Below the pieces are notes generated by a model. It saw nothing but the letters and a program-made list of their open reading frames with translations. It was not told the origin of the DNA and searched no databases. A stretch of 64,000 nt of DNA. Source: Bdellovibrionota bacterium. Lineage in GTDB: Bacteria; Bdellovibrionota_C; UBA2361; OMII01. The stretch lies in NCBI GenBank assembly GCA_044356215.1, contig JBIKWQ010000006.1, forward strand, positions 1 to 64,000, written 5' to 3'. A program made the position numbers and the translations under genes. The stretch's first letter is position 1. Each line of letters opens with the position of its first letter. This document shows, piece after piece, positions 20,101 through 31,723 of this stretch.

Positions 20101-20264
20101 CAGGACGTTGCAGTGCTTTTTGGTAAGCTGCTGGGACAATTAGTAGAATATTTCTTACCACAGAGGACGCAGAGGACACAGAGGAAACCCCATAATTGCC
20201 CATAAAATGGCCGTTCTCTGTGTCCTCTGCGTCCTCTGTGGTGATAAATAACTGCAACTCCCTA
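20101..20264 (-). mobile_element. MITE-like palindromic element, copy 1 (reverse orientation)
   Basis: Termini caggacgttgcagt / actgcaactcccta; internal inverted arms accacagaggacgcagaggacacagag; homologous to 54364, 57434 and 63446. Confidence 0.8.
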
Positions 20265-20347
20265 ACTGGGGCTCGCCTGTTTTAGCGAAATCGGTTCCCA
20301 GCATATACCACTCGGCACAACCCTCTGATAACCTCAACCAAGCCACG

Positions 20348-21430
20348 ATGAGACGCCGAAAGCACTTACGCCCATTTCCTAATAATCATGACCAGCTAGG
20401 TCTGATCGGGTCTTTGGCGATTCATGTTGTACTCCTGTTCCTACTGTTAAAGAACCAAGCTCCTCACCCTCCCCCAGTCTCCACGATCGATGTCACTATT
20501 GAGCCCGCCAGCGCTATCGCCAACCGGCCGCAGATAGTGTCACCTTCGGAACAGCCAGAAGCTCCCCCTCTCGACACAACCAATCGCCTATCTGATAAGG
20601 ACTCACGGGCTGAAGTTGAACAGGTGCGCCGAGGTGATGGCCGCGGCATCCCGGGCGCGAAGGCTTCGGATGCTCAGCCCAGCAAGGCCCAGCCCGCAAA
20701 CGCTAAAACGAGAGAGACTCGCGAAGTTAAAGAGCCCCAGCCAAAGGAGATGTCGGACCAGAAAGAGCGAGCGGAACAAGAGCCAAAAGAGAAGCGGCCT
20801 CAACGTGAGCTTAAACTAAACGATCTAAAGCTAGATGACGAAACTATCGCTCTTAAATTCGGCAACAAGCCGAAGAATCCGACATCATCACCTCAATCCG
20901 CGAACGCGGAGCCACAGAAAAGCCTCTCTGACTATCAAGCATTCTCTCGTCCCCCTGGCTCGGGCGCGGCATTCTTCGGGAGCGCGGGGATCAGTGACCA
21001 CCTACCTAACCTCCCAGATGGAGATATTACCCTGCTTAATGCCAAGGCAAACATCTACGCGAGCTTTGTTAGGCGTGTAGCGATTCAGGTGTTCACTCAA
21101 CTTCGATCTCAAGGCTGGGAGAGCCTCTCCGCCGCTCAGATCAGGCAGCTAAGCGGCTTCGCTACTGTAGAGGCGGTCTTATCGCCGGATGGCAAATTCA
21201 TGTGGGCCAAATTGGTAGAGAGCTCTGGTAGCGAATCGTTTGATATCGTGCTTCACACGTCAGCTAGTAGGGGCTCAGGAGATCCGAATCCTCCGCCTGG
21301 AGCCCAAGCTAAAGATGGGCTAATCCATTTTATCTTTAAAGCGCGTAGTTGGTCTCAGGTCGGAATGAATAGAAGAACAGGGGCGCCCGTTGAGCAACGC
21401 TGGTTGCTACTCGCGACAGGTCTTGAATAG
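20348..21430 (+). CDS. TonB/TolA C-terminal domain protein
   Basis: N-terminal TM with SLAIHVV motif, Pro/Lys/Glu-rich linker, TLLNA, LVESSGSESFD, PNPPPG. Confidence 0.75.
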   Translation: MRRRKHLRPFPNNHDQLGLIGSLAIHVVLLFLLLKNQAPHPPPVSTIDVTIEPASAIANRPQIVSPSEQPEAPPLDTTNRLSDKDSRAEVEQVRRGDGRGIPGAKASDAQPSKAQPANAKTRETREVKEPQPKEMSDQKERAEQEPKEKRPQRELKLNDLKLDDETIALKFGNKPKNPTSSPQSANAEPQKSLSDYQAFSRPPGSGAAFFGSAGISDHLPNLPDGDITLLNAKANIYASFVRRVAIQVFTQLRSQGWESLSAAQIRQLSGFATVEAVLSPDGKFMWAKLVESSGSESFDIVLHTSASRGSGDPNPPPGAQAKDGLIHFIFKARSWSQVGMNRRTGAPVEQRWLLLATGLE

Positions 21431-21431
21431 C

Positions 21432-22148
21432 TCACGACCTTTCGCCGAAAATCGCGGTTCCTACACGCGCTAAGTTAGCGCCTTCCTCAATCGCTATCTC
21501 AAAATCGGCCGACATCCCCATACTCAATAGGATCTTGGAATCAGCGAACTGATGGTGAAACCCATCATCGATCAACCGAGACCTCAGCGCGCTCATCGCG
21601 CGGAAATCAGGTCTCGCCATCTCTGGCTGATCATAAAATGGGGTGATAGTCATTAGCCCCTCAACCGACAGAGTGTCCCTGTGGCGTTTGACGGCGTCGA
21701 ACACATCCCCTAAGTGCTCCGCGCTGAAACCACTCTTGTTGGGATCTTCGCCGATATTAACTTGTAGAAAAATTCTCTGTCGCTTATCCGCTATTTGAGC
21801 CTCTTTGGCGATCAACTCAAGGATCTTCAGCGAATGAACAGATTGAATTACATCAGCTAAACGAACAGCCTCACGTGTCTTATTACTCTGCAATGGGCCG
21901 ATTAGATGGAATTCAACGTCAGAGCCAAATTCGGCTCTCTTATCTCTCAATTCCTGAATATAGTTCTCGCCAAAAACAATCGGGATTCCTAATGAGTTGG
22001 CCGCCTGAATATATTCCCGCATCGCCGCGACTGATTGCTTCTTGCTAACAGCTATTAATAGGACCGCTCCCCGATCAGCTCCTATCTTTTCCGCCGCTCG
22101 CGAGATGGCGCGATGAACTAACTCTAGATTATCACCTACTCCAAGCAC
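21432..22148 (-). CDS. yggS: PLP homeostasis protein YggS
   Basis: LIAVSK, FGENYIQE, HLIGPLQSNK, LSMGMSADF, RVGTAIFG; GTG start at 22148 preferred (ORF open to 22166). Confidence 0.95.
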   Translation of the reverse strand: MLGVGDNLELVHRAISRAAEKIGADRGAVLLIAVSKKQSVAAMREYIQAANSLGIPIVFGENYIQELRDKRAEFGSDVEFHLIGPLQSNKTREAVRLADVIQSVHSLKILELIAKEAQIADKRQRIFLQVNIGEDPNKSGFSAEHLGDVFDAVKRHRDTLSVEGLMTITPFYDQPEMARPDFRAMSALRSRLIDDGFHHQFADSKILLSMGMSADFEIAIEEGANLARVGTAIFGERS

Positions 22149-22747
22149 CCTAGCTCCCTTAAACACGACATTAATGAAGCGATGTTTAGCCCTACTACGT
22201 TAGAATAAGAACCATTAAGAGAATCGACGAATTGCAACCCGATCCCCTGTATCGCGTATGAGCCAGCCTTATCCATAGGCTCATTGGTCCTGACATAGTC
22301 TCGAATATCGTCCTCTGACATCGGCCTCATAGTAACTTCGGTCATATGAGACCACACACGCTCTACGCGCCCCTCGGCTGAGCTTGATAGTGGATCTCCA
22401 GATCTTATTACGGCGATACCTCCCCACACTTCATGAGTCCTGCCTTGAATCAGCCCCAACATCTCGCGAGCCTCTAGCTCAGAGCTCGGTTTACCTAGTG
22501 ACTGACCATCAATAAAAACCGTCGTATCCGCTCCGATAACAAAGGCGCGCGGATGGGACGAAGCGACCGCCTGAGCTTTTAGCAACGCCAATCTCTCAAC
22601 CATCGCTCTAGGCGACTCGCCCTCTATGGGGGTCTCATCGACTCCGGGAACAAGCACTGAGAACCGCGCTCCAGCTTGGCTAAGTAGCTCAAGACGTCTT
22701 GGCGACGCCGAAGCCAGAATGAGGCTACTATTCGCTGTTAGGTTCAT
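22136..22747 (-). CDS. maf: Maf family nucleoside triphosphate pyrophosphatase
   Basis: LILASASPRR, GADT, LGKP, DKAGSYAIQ, YSNVVGL. Confidence 0.95.
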   Translation of the reverse strand: MNLTANSSLILASASPRRLELLSQAGARFSVLVPGVDETPIEGESPRAMVERLALLKAQAVASSHPRAFVIGADTTVFIDGQSLGKPSSELEAREMLGLIQGRTHEVWGGIAVIRSGDPLSSSAEGRVERVWSHMTEVTMRPMSEDDIRDYVRTNEPMDKAGSYAIQGIGLQFVDSLNGSYSNVVGLNIASLMSCLRELGCLE

Positions 22748-22751
22748 CTTC

Positions 22752-23153
22752 CTAGCTCCGTTGAAAAACTGCCAATAAGGCCTTTAAAAGCGCGATATGC
22801 AACTCACGCGCAACCACCCTAAGGTCACTCACTTGGCCGGATGATAACACGAGTGACCAATCACGCATCTCCTCTCTAGAGCAGTGATTTATCTCGTAAC
22901 CCTTAGCCTCAATCAAATCAACAGCCTCATCGACAGAGGGAATCCAGAAAAAATAATCCCTATGCTCAAAAGGAAGGGGTTTAACTGTTCCCGCCGTGAG
23001 CGAGAGAAGGTTATTTCCTGGCAAAACCTGAAACTCCTCTGAACCGAGATCGGCGAATCCACGAGCTACTATGTCGCCAGCCTCAAATCGCGGAGCCAGT
23101 CCGAACTGCCTTAGTTGATTACACAGATCAAAATGTTCAGGGGTAAACCACAT
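22752..23153 (-). CDS. Hypothetical protein
   Basis: 133-aa ORF tightly packed between guaB and maf on the same strand. Confidence 0.7.
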   Translation of the reverse strand: MWFTPEHFDLCNQLRQFGLAPRFEAGDIVARGFADLGSEEFQVLPGNNLLSLTAGTVKPLPFEHRDYFFWIPSVDEAVDLIEAKGYEINHCSREEMRDWSLVLSSGQVSDLRVVARELHIALLKALLAVFQRS

Positions 23154-23158
23154 ACCCT

Positions 23159-24670
23159 TTACTCGGCGTTCGGCTGCATCCTATCCAGCATCTCCACCGT
23201 GGAGGTACCGCCTTCAACTACAGTCATCTCGGATACCTTAGTTAAACGTGCTTTCTTGTGGAACTCCGGGATCGATAGCACCCCGACGTTACACATCGTA
23301 GAGCGCAGCTTTGTCAGAGATACATCAACCTTCTCAGAGAGTGGTCCGCTGTAAGGCACGTAAGCGTCAACGCCCTCCTCAAAAATAAGGCCGGCTGTCT
23401 CACTCTGTTTATAACGCTGCCAGTTGCGCGCACGATTTGATCCCTCACCCCAGTACGGCTTGTAGAGTCTGCCTCGATAGCTGATCTTCGCGGTCGGGCT
23501 CTCCTCAGTCATCGCGAAATACTTACCCATCATCACAAAATCAGCTCCCATCGCCAGAGCGATGATCATCTGCGTATCGGAGTTAAGCCCTCCATCTGAA
23601 CAGATCGGGATGTATATTCCCGTCTCGGCTAGGTACTTATCACGCTCACGCGCTATATCCATGACGGCGCTAGCTTGTCCGCGACCGATACCTTTCTGCT
23701 CGCGCGTGATACAGATCGAACCTCCACCTATACCTACTTTAACGAAATCCACCTCAGCCTTTTCAACTAGGTAGCGGAACGCGTCTGCTGAAACTATATT
23801 ACCCCCGCCCAAAACGATCTTATCTCCATAAGCCGCTCTTAGCTTTCGAGCCGCCTCTGCCTGCCACTCTGAATAGCCATCTGATGAGTCGAGGCAGAGA
23901 CAATCCACACCCGCTTCTACGAGCGCTGCGGATCTCTCCATATAATCGTAGGTATTTAACGCCGCCCCAACAAAGAGACGCTTTCGTGAATCAGTTAGCT
24001 CATCAGGAAATGAGTGGTGATCGTAGTAATCCTTGCGGAACACGAGCGAGCGCAGATTCCCCTGTTTATCAACGATCGGCAGGCACTCTTTCTTGTGCTT
24101 CCAAAGTAAGTTGGTCGCCTCCTGTAGAGACACCCCCTCTTCAGCCAATACAAGCTTCTCTAATGGAGTGAAGAACCCCTTAACGCATTGCGTGAGGTCG
24201 TCCTTGTATTCCCAGAAATCCTTACTAGTAAGGATTCCAAGAAGCTTAGAGTGAAGCTCTCCATTCTCGGTGATAGCTATTGTTGAGTGTCCGGTTTTGC
24301 GACGCAGATTAAGGGCGTCTTGTAGTGTCGCAGTTGGCGCTAGATTTGAATCGGACTCAACGAAACCAGCCTTATGCTCCTTAACTTCGCGAACCATACT
24401 GGCCTGCGACTCGATCGATTGAGAGCAGAATATAAAAGCACTGCCACCCTTCCTGGCGAGAGCTATCGCCAATTCAGGACCTGAAACCGCCTGCATCGCC
24501 GCTGAGACAAATGGGGAATTCAGAGCCGCCTTTATACCCTCGGCTGGTCGGTAACGTTGGATCGGGGTCTTTAAGCTAACATTTGAGGAGATGTGCTCTC
24601 GCTTAGTTAATCCGGGTAGTAAGAGATACTCGTGAAAGGTATGAGATACGTCGTCGATTATTATCGCCAC
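23159..24670 (-). CDS. guaB: IMP dehydrogenase with CBS pair
   Basis: SAAMQAVS, DSSDG, catalytic GIGGGSICITRE, CSDGG, YWGEGS, EEGV. Confidence 0.95.
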   Translation of the reverse strand: MAIIIDDVSHTFHEYLLLPGLTKREHISSNVSLKTPIQRYRPAEGIKAALNSPFVSAAMQAVSGPELAIALARKGGSAFIFCSQSIESQASMVREVKEHKAGFVESDSNLAPTATLQDALNLRRKTGHSTIAITENGELHSKLLGILTSKDFWEYKDDLTQCVKGFFTPLEKLVLAEEGVSLQEATNLLWKHKKECLPIVDKQGNLRSLVFRKDYYDHHSFPDELTDSRKRLFVGAALNTYDYMERSAALVEAGVDCLCLDSSDGYSEWQAEAARKLRAAYGDKIVLGGGNIVSADAFRYLVEKAEVDFVKVGIGGGSICITREQKGIGRGQASAVMDIARERDKYLAETGIYIPICSDGGLNSDTQMIIALAMGADFVMMGKYFAMTEESPTAKISYRGRLYKPYWGEGSNRARNWQRYKQSETAGLIFEEGVDAYVPYSGPLSEKVDVSLTKLRSTMCNVGVLSIPEFHKKARLTKVSEMTVVEGGTSTVEMLDRMQPNAE

Positions 24671-24776
24671 AGAAGCTCCTATTTACTATTTTGATATAAC
24701 CCCACCGCGCCCTGAGATAGGGGGGCTCAGAAGCCGGTATGTGTTGATGGCGAAGGTTAGCGCAAATCAATAACTT

Positions 24777-24826
24777 AAGGAAGAGCGGCAAAACCTCGAT
24801 TAAGCGAAGTTTCGCCTGGTTTCCTT
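24777..24826. repeat. ~50-bp REP-like hairpin, copy A
   Basis: aagagcggcaaaacctcgattaagcga resembles the reverse complement of 35837-35883. Confidence 0.5.
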
Positions 24827-24836
24827 CGATAAATCG

Positions 24837-26072
24837 CTAGTCTTGCCTCTTCCGATCATACTCATTCCATACCGCCCTCTGGGATGAAATGATATAACAG
24901 GCACCCACGTCCCTTGCGGCTCGATAATCACCTATAATCACTGGCACTGGGGATGGTTCGTCGAATTTGTGAACGTATAGAACATGGCTCTGATACTGCC
25001 GTCTGATATATCCGGCTGGATTCTGAGTCTCTATCTTAGCCCAGATCCCCTCAACCACCTGGCCTGAGAGCGGTGGCAACCTAAAAAACTTAAACTCTGA
25101 TACCGGTCTATAAGGCATGTGAATCCGTGGGGCTAAGGATACGACCTCATCTTGATTCGCGGTTGTCCGCGGCAAATTCGCGGTCGGCAGCAATTTCACT
25201 GACATTCTCTCCGCTTTTTCTCCTGGCGACATGCTAGCCGAAACGGAAGAGGACATGGAAAAGTAGATATCTCTTAGCTCATAAGGAGAGCGCAACAGTT
25301 CAAGTCTTATATACTTGTCCCCACTCTCTCTTACGTACACAGGGCGTCGTGGACAGATCAACAAGCTCCAAGTCTTATCAAATTGCTGTCGCGAAACCGG
25401 CGGCCAGGCGAAATACGCCCCAGAATCACCGAAACCTTTCACAAACTCAATCAAGGGTCTATTCGCCTTCCCCTCAGATATCTTCACCGCCAAACCAGCG
25501 CGAGCTAATTTGTTCTCCGCTGCGAGATGTCTGATCTGAAATTTCCCACCTGAGAACTCAAGCTCAACATCGAAGCTATCAGTAAGGGCGGGTAACTTGG
25601 AGCCCGCTGCAGCGCGATCCAAACGATCCTGGTCGGTCGGTTTAAACCTCAGTGTTATTACTCCGAAATCGCTATCGAGAGAGATCTTTGTACCTGCCCA
25701 AATTCCGGCGATGTTAGGCGAAACAACCTGCGAGCTAAAAGGCTGGGGAGCATCATAAAGACTTCCAGATCTCAAACTATCAAACAGATAATCGATCGAA
25801 TCTCTCGTTAACGGTGGAAACTCAACATATGAATCAGAGATCGCGACCTGATCCTGTCTAGGGACTGAAGCCGCGGATAGATCCGCAGCCGCTGAACTCT
25901 GAGCACTGCTCAGCGATACACCCTGCCCAGCCTGAGCGGCACTAGTCTCTTCCGCCTCACAGAGAGAATGAGTCGCAGTTGCAAAACAAAGCAAATTACC
26001 CAGCGCCAAGCCCGCCAATAAGTTAGCGAGCAGCGGTTTCTTACCTCGTATATTAGCGCCTAATAGAATCAT
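24837..26072 (-). CDS. Hypothetical secreted protein
   Basis: 411-aa ORF with N-terminal hydrophobic segment, directly after rodA. Confidence 0.65.
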   Translation of the reverse strand: MILLGANIRGKKPLLANLLAGLALGNLLCFATATHSLCEAEETSAAQAGQGVSLSSAQSSAAADLSAASVPRQDQVAISDSYVEFPPLTRDSIDYLFDSLRSGSLYDAPQPFSSQVVSPNIAGIWAGTKISLDSDFGVITLRFKPTDQDRLDRAAAGSKLPALTDSFDVELEFSGGKFQIRHLAAENKLARAGLAVKISEGKANRPLIEFVKGFGDSGAYFAWPPVSRQQFDKTWSLLICPRRPVYVRESGDKYIRLELLRSPYELRDIYFSMSSSVSASMSPGEKAERMSVKLLPTANLPRTTANQDEVVSLAPRIHMPYRPVSEFKFFRLPPLSGQVVEGIWAKIETQNPAGYIRRQYQSHVLYVHKFDEPSPVPVIIGDYRAARDVGACYIISSQRAVWNEYDRKRQD

Positions 26073-26083
26073 AAATTATCAGA

Positions 26084-27226
26084 CTAAAAAACATTACGTC
26101 GCATACTGACTCCCTGCACGATCCCTAAACCGAACATCAGAGAGAGAACAGAGGAACCTCCATAGCTTATCAAAGGCAGGGGGATCCCCACCACAGGCAT
26201 CAGCCCAATCACCATTCCGATATTGATCACCAAGTGCGCAAAAACCTGGGTTGTAATGCCGATCACCAGCAAGCACGAGAAGAGATCTCTTGCTCGATAT
26301 GCAACCCGAAGCATCAACGCTATCAAGCAGAAAAAAAGACCCAAAACGAAGGTGCATCCAACAAATCCCCACTCTTCGGCCAACACGGAGAAAACGAAAT
26401 CTGTCGTGTGCTCCGGCAGAAACTCAAGCTGCGTTTGTGTGCCTCGCTGGAATCCCTTACCAAAGAGCTCCCCGGATCCAACAGCGATCTTGGACTGTGT
26501 TATGTGATAACCACTACCACGGGGATCTGATTCAGGGTCGAGCAACACCATAATTCGCCGCTGCTGATATTGGTGCAGGGAGTTCCACGCCGGGTAGGCA
26601 AGTAAGCAAAACGTTAGAATTAGCCCGATGATCACCTTCGGACGGACTCCTACAAATAAGATCTGACCGGCGCCAACGAGCCCCAGCGAGAGCGCTGTGC
26701 CTAGATCGGGTTGCTGCATAATCAGGGCCATCGGGATCACGATCCAGATCGCTGGAATGATCAGCTCTAACGCCCCATACCGAGAATCTTTTTTAGGTGG
26801 TGATTTAGCGAGCACCCGCGCCATAGTGATCAAGAGCCCTAATTTCATGAACTCGGCTGGCTGCAACTTAAATGATCCTAAGGCGAGCCAGCGCCGAGAA
26901 CCGTTAACCACGACACCAAATCCAGCTACCATGATCAGAGCTAGTAAAGCGGCGGCGTAAATAATTAAACAATAACGCTGCAGCCACGCGGTAGGAATAA
27001 CCATCCCGATAATCATCGCCACTAGGCCAACGGCGAAATAAAGCGCCTGCTTGGCGCACGCTAAGCTGTGGAAGTTAATGTTCAGCCACTTAAAAAAAGC
27101 AACTGACGATTCGGCGTCATAACCAGCGCTGTAGAGCACCAGTAGGCCCACCGCTGGAATCAACACCGTGAACGCGAACAGCGTCCAATCGAAATTACCC
27201 AGGAGGCGGCGATCAATCCTGCTCAT
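26084..27226 (-). CDS. rodA: Rod shape-determining protein RodA
   Basis: GSRRW, QPAEFMK, QPDLGT, LPEHTTDFVF, PLPLISYGGSS. Confidence 0.96.
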   Translation of the reverse strand: MSRIDRRLLGNFDWTLFAFTVLIPAVGLLVLYSAGYDAESSVAFFKWLNINFHSLACAKQALYFAVGLVAMIIGMVIPTAWLQRYCLIIYAAALLALIMVAGFGVVVNGSRRWLALGSFKLQPAEFMKLGLLITMARVLAKSPPKKDSRYGALELIIPAIWIVIPMALIMQQPDLGTALSLGLVGAGQILFVGVRPKVIIGLILTFCLLAYPAWNSLHQYQQRRIMVLLDPESDPRGSGYHITQSKIAVGSGELFGKGFQRGTQTQLEFLPEHTTDFVFSVLAEEWGFVGCTFVLGLFFCLIALMLRVAYRARDLFSCLLVIGITTQVFAHLVINIGMVIGLMPVVGIPLPLISYGGSSVLSLMFGLGIVQGVSMRRNVF

Positions 27227-29142
27227 CTCGTTGTCTCCACTACTTGGACAGGACTAGCTGAATTGCTCACCCGCTGTCTTTGTGTCCTCTTCGCTCCGCG
27301 AATCGGTTCCGTTGCTGGCGGCTCGGACACACCGAAGTATCGCATCATGACCTTGCGAGTCACCGGAGCCGCGACCTCACCACCGTGCCCTCCATTCTCG
27401 ATTAACGAGACAACTACTATCCGCGGATTATCCGCCGGCGCAAATCCAGCGAACCAGGCGTGATCCTCGCGTTCAATCCCCGACTCACGCGAGGTGACCT
27501 GAGCCGTTCCTGTCTTACCACCAACCCTGATACCACTCGACGCGGGCAGAGCCGCACGTTTACCTGTACCTCTTTTATCTTCAACTACTCCTAGCATCCC
27601 TCTCTTTATCTCCGCTAAGATCGACGGCTCAATATCTAGTACCCTGATTACATCTGGCTCGGTTCGCGCCTCCTCAAGTACCCGACCATCACTCGCGACG
27701 ACCTTCGAAACAACACGCGGCCGAATCAGTTTGCCGCCATTGACCAACGCCGCCATCGCTCTAGCTACCTGCAGTGGCGTCGCCAATACCGCTCCCTGCC
27801 CAATTGAAACCGGCAAGGTTTCTCCTGGATACCATTTCTTGTCTTGAGGATCCCTGAAATACGCAGCCTTCCAACTGGTAGATGGCATCAATCCCTCACT
27901 CTCATCGAATCCCTCAAGCCTCACCGGCTCACCGAATCCAAATAGATCGTGCGCGTAGTGATGGATCCGATCGACACCGAGCCTCTGGCCAACCGTGTAG
28001 AAGTAAACATCGCAAGATTGCACAAGCGCCGAATAGAGATCCACGCTGCCGTGACCTGAATGTTTATGGCACCTAAACGCCCGCTTCCCGAATTGAAGAA
28101 ATCCTGGACAAAAAGTTCTCTCAGAGAAATCAGATACACCCTCACTTAAAGCAGCGGCTGCTACAAACATTTTAAACACAGATCCAGGTGGAAACGCTCC
28201 TTGGAGCGCTCGATTAGAGAGCTTGGATTGCTTAGGATCAGTTAAATCCGCCCAGACATCTTTCGGGATCTCACCGGTGAAAACCGCCGGATCAAAAGCT
28301 GGCGACGACGCCATCGCCAATATATCGCCATTTCTGGCGTCTAGAGCCACAACAACACCTTTGCGACCCTCTAAGGCCTCCTCGGCCGCCTGCTGTGTTT
28401 TTCGCTCTAATGTCAGAAAAACATCGCTTCCAGGAATTTCGGGCTGAAAATAAGCTTCACCGATCTTGGTTCCCCGCGCGTTCACGATCACCGCCTGCGC
28501 GCCCCGCTCTCCACGAAGATAGTTCTCAAGAGACGCCTCAACTCCTCCTTGACCGACTAAATCTCCGGCGCGATACCCCTGGTAAGTCGGAGTCTTAAGA
28601 CGCTCGGATGAAATCTCACGGAGGTATCCAAGTGTATGAGCCGCGAGGTTGCCAAAGGGATAATCACGAACTGGGGCCGAACCGACAATAACTCCAGGTA
28701 GACGGTGACGCTGTGAAGATACTAAGGCCACCGTATCTCGTGAGACATCTCTAAGCAGCACCTTGGGTTCAAAACGCTGACGCTTGTTTTGAGAACCGAT
28801 CCGCTCAATCATCGATTTCGGATCCTCACCGACCAAGTTCGCTAAATCGGTCACCACCTGATTCACATTCGGCGCGTCTTCAACTACTAACTCGATATTA
28901 AATGATGGACGATTTCGTGTAAGCGCCTCCCCGTTTCTATCAGATATCACCCCTCGAGGAGAGGGAATGAAGATCGTTCGGAGTCTATTGTTCTCCGAGC
29001 GATCCCTAAAAAAGCCTCCCCTTACTATCTGCAGATACCAGAGGCGTCCAAGCAAAACCGAGAGACAGAGCGCGCAGAGAACCAGCGCCCCAACTACCCG
29101 TGGGATTAGGTTGATACTTAGACGATCGCCTCGCGAATTCAT
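27223..29142 (-). CDS. mrdA: Penicillin-binding protein 2
   Basis: RLWYLQI, PRGVISDRNG, PGSVFK (SxxK), SCD, KTGTAQ, DHAWF; position in mre operon. Confidence 0.95.
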   Translation of the reverse strand: MNSRGDRLSINLIPRVVGALVLCALCLSVLLGRLWYLQIVRGGFFRDRSENNRLRTIFIPSPRGVISDRNGEALTRNRPSFNIELVVEDAPNVNQVVTDLANLVGEDPKSMIERIGSQNKRQRFEPKVLLRDVSRDTVALVSSQRHRLPGVIVGSAPVRDYPFGNLAAHTLGYLREISSERLKTPTYQGYRAGDLVGQGGVEASLENYLRGERGAQAVIVNARGTKIGEAYFQPEIPGSDVFLTLERKTQQAAEEALEGRKGVVVALDARNGDILAMASSPAFDPAVFTGEIPKDVWADLTDPKQSKLSNRALQGAFPPGSVFKMFVAAAALSEGVSDFSERTFCPGFLQFGKRAFRCHKHSGHGSVDLYSALVQSCDVYFYTVGQRLGVDRIHHYAHDLFGFGEPVRLEGFDESEGLMPSTSWKAAYFRDPQDKKWYPGETLPVSIGQGAVLATPLQVARAMAALVNGGKLIRPRVVSKVVASDGRVLEEARTEPDVIRVLDIEPSILAEIKRGMLGVVEDKRGTGKRAALPASSGIRVGGKTGTAQVTSRESGIEREDHAWFAGFAPADNPRIVVVSLIENGGHGGEVAAPVTRKVMMRYFGVSEPPATEPIRGAKRTQRQRVSNSASPVQVVETTR

Positions 29143-29147
29143 AAAAG

Positions 29148-29660
29148 CTACACCGGTGAGATCACCGCTCCTCGTCTAGCAAGCGCTTTATCTTGGCGCC
29201 GCCAAACGGACTTTAGCGCCCTAAAAACAACGGGGGTGATTAAACTCGATGTCAGAGCCTGCCCCCCGAGCATCAGCCAGTCATCAGCTGTTACCTCCTG
29301 ATACTCAAAAGCTAAGGAGATAAACACAAAGCCCGCCAATAAAGTGGCGATCGCCACAACCGTCATCGCGACTAGGCGCGATTCAACAAAAAGTCTTCGC
29401 GATAAAAAAGCGAAGATTGAGTACACCACTACATATGCTCCAGCCCAGGGACCAACTAGCACACCCGAACTTAGGTCGAGCAGGAGCCCGAGGATAAACG
29501 CTATAAGCGCTCCCAAAAAGCTGAACTCATAAAAGGCCAAGAATACGGCACAAACCAGGAGACCTTGCGGAACTAGCCACTCGGGAAGAAATAGGTGGCG
29601 CGCGCAACTCTGCGCTATAAGGAGACAGAAACCTAAGACGACGCAAAAGATAAAGCGCAT
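29148..29660 (-). CDS. mreD: Rod shape-determining protein MreD
   Basis: Hydrophobic, AFILGLLLDLSSG motif, between mreC and mrdA. Confidence 0.88.
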   Translation of the reverse strand: MRFIFCVVLGFCLLIAQSCARHLFLPEWLVPQGLLVCAVFLAFYEFSFLGALIAFILGLLLDLSSGVLVGPWAGAYVVVYSIFAFLSRRLFVESRLVAMTVVAIATLLAGFVFISLAFEYQEVTADDWLMLGGQALTSSLITPVVFRALKSVWRRQDKALARRGAVISPV

Positions 29661-29671
29661 ATGAAAGACCT

Positions 29672-30535
29672 TTATTCCCCTTTCGATTTTTCTTCTGCCT
29701 CGAAAGCGCGGATGGCTGGCGCCACAGAGACGATCAGAACCTCTTCGATTCTGGAGAGATCTACCGCCGGTCTAAGCTCAACTGTTTTAAACAAGCTAAC
29801 CGAGGCGCTTCCTATTCGCTCGACCGTTCCAACAAGTAATCCTTTAGGATAAACCCCGTCCATACCTGAAGTAAGCACAGCTTCTCCCTCCATAAGCCGC
29901 GCGTCTTTAGGAATGAACTTCAACTCACAGATACGCTCTCCCCCGCCCTCAACGATGCCGCGTGCCCGACTATCCTGAGTAACAACGTCAACTCCGCTAG
30001 CGTGGTCACTCACTAAAAGTACCCGAGCTGTTTTGCTAGATACAGCAACCACCTGCCCGACAACTCCCTGTGGATGAATCACAGCCATTCCCGAAGCGAT
30101 TCCATCAGAGCTCCCTCTATTAACGGTGATCCCCTTCACCCAACCACTAGGGTCAGCGCCAATTACAGACGCGGTTACACCACTTAAATTCCGTTCCGAG
30201 GAGAACTTTAGAAGCTCACGCAAGCGGTTATTTTCGCGCTCTAGCTCACTCATAAGGGACTCGCGCCCATGAAGCTCTTGGAGTTTGCTTTTTAGGCTCT
30301 GATTTTCACGAGCTGCGCCATAGAGATTTACATAACCACTCCATAGGCCCTCTACGTTGTTCCAAGTGGCGTCTATTAAAGAGTTAAAAGGCCCCGTTAC
30401 ACTCGACACAAGTGATGTTCCTACTCGCGCTAAGCTCGGGTGCCTCGCGCTGTAAGCTGTTAGGAATAACGAAGTTAAAAACAGTCCTATGCAGGTTACC
30501 GCCACATTAGTTCTGGATGTTGTTTCCTGCCTCAT
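29672..30535 (-). CDS. mreC: Rod shape-determining protein MreC
   Basis: TM, coiled coil ENNRLRELL, GVVGQV, TSGMDGVYPKG. Confidence 0.95.
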   Translation of the reverse strand: MRQETTSRTNVAVTCIGLFLTSLFLTAYSARHPSLARVGTSLVSSVTGPFNSLIDATWNNVEGLWSGYVNLYGAARENQSLKSKLQELHGRESLMSELERENNRLRELLKFSSERNLSGVTASVIGADPSGWVKGITVNRGSSDGIASGMAVIHPQGVVGQVVAVSSKTARVLLVSDHASGVDVVTQDSRARGIVEGGGERICELKFIPKDARLMEGEAVLTSGMDGVYPKGLLVGTVERIGSASVSLFKTVELRPAVDLSRIEEVLIVSVAPAIRAFEAEEKSKGE

Positions 30536-30560
30536 CTGGTTCCGAGAGATCCGTTACAAA

Positions 30561-31682
<1,122 letters not shown>

Positions 31683-31723
31683 CTATGGTTGAAGAATTTG
31701 ATGATGTATCGGACGAAACCTCT

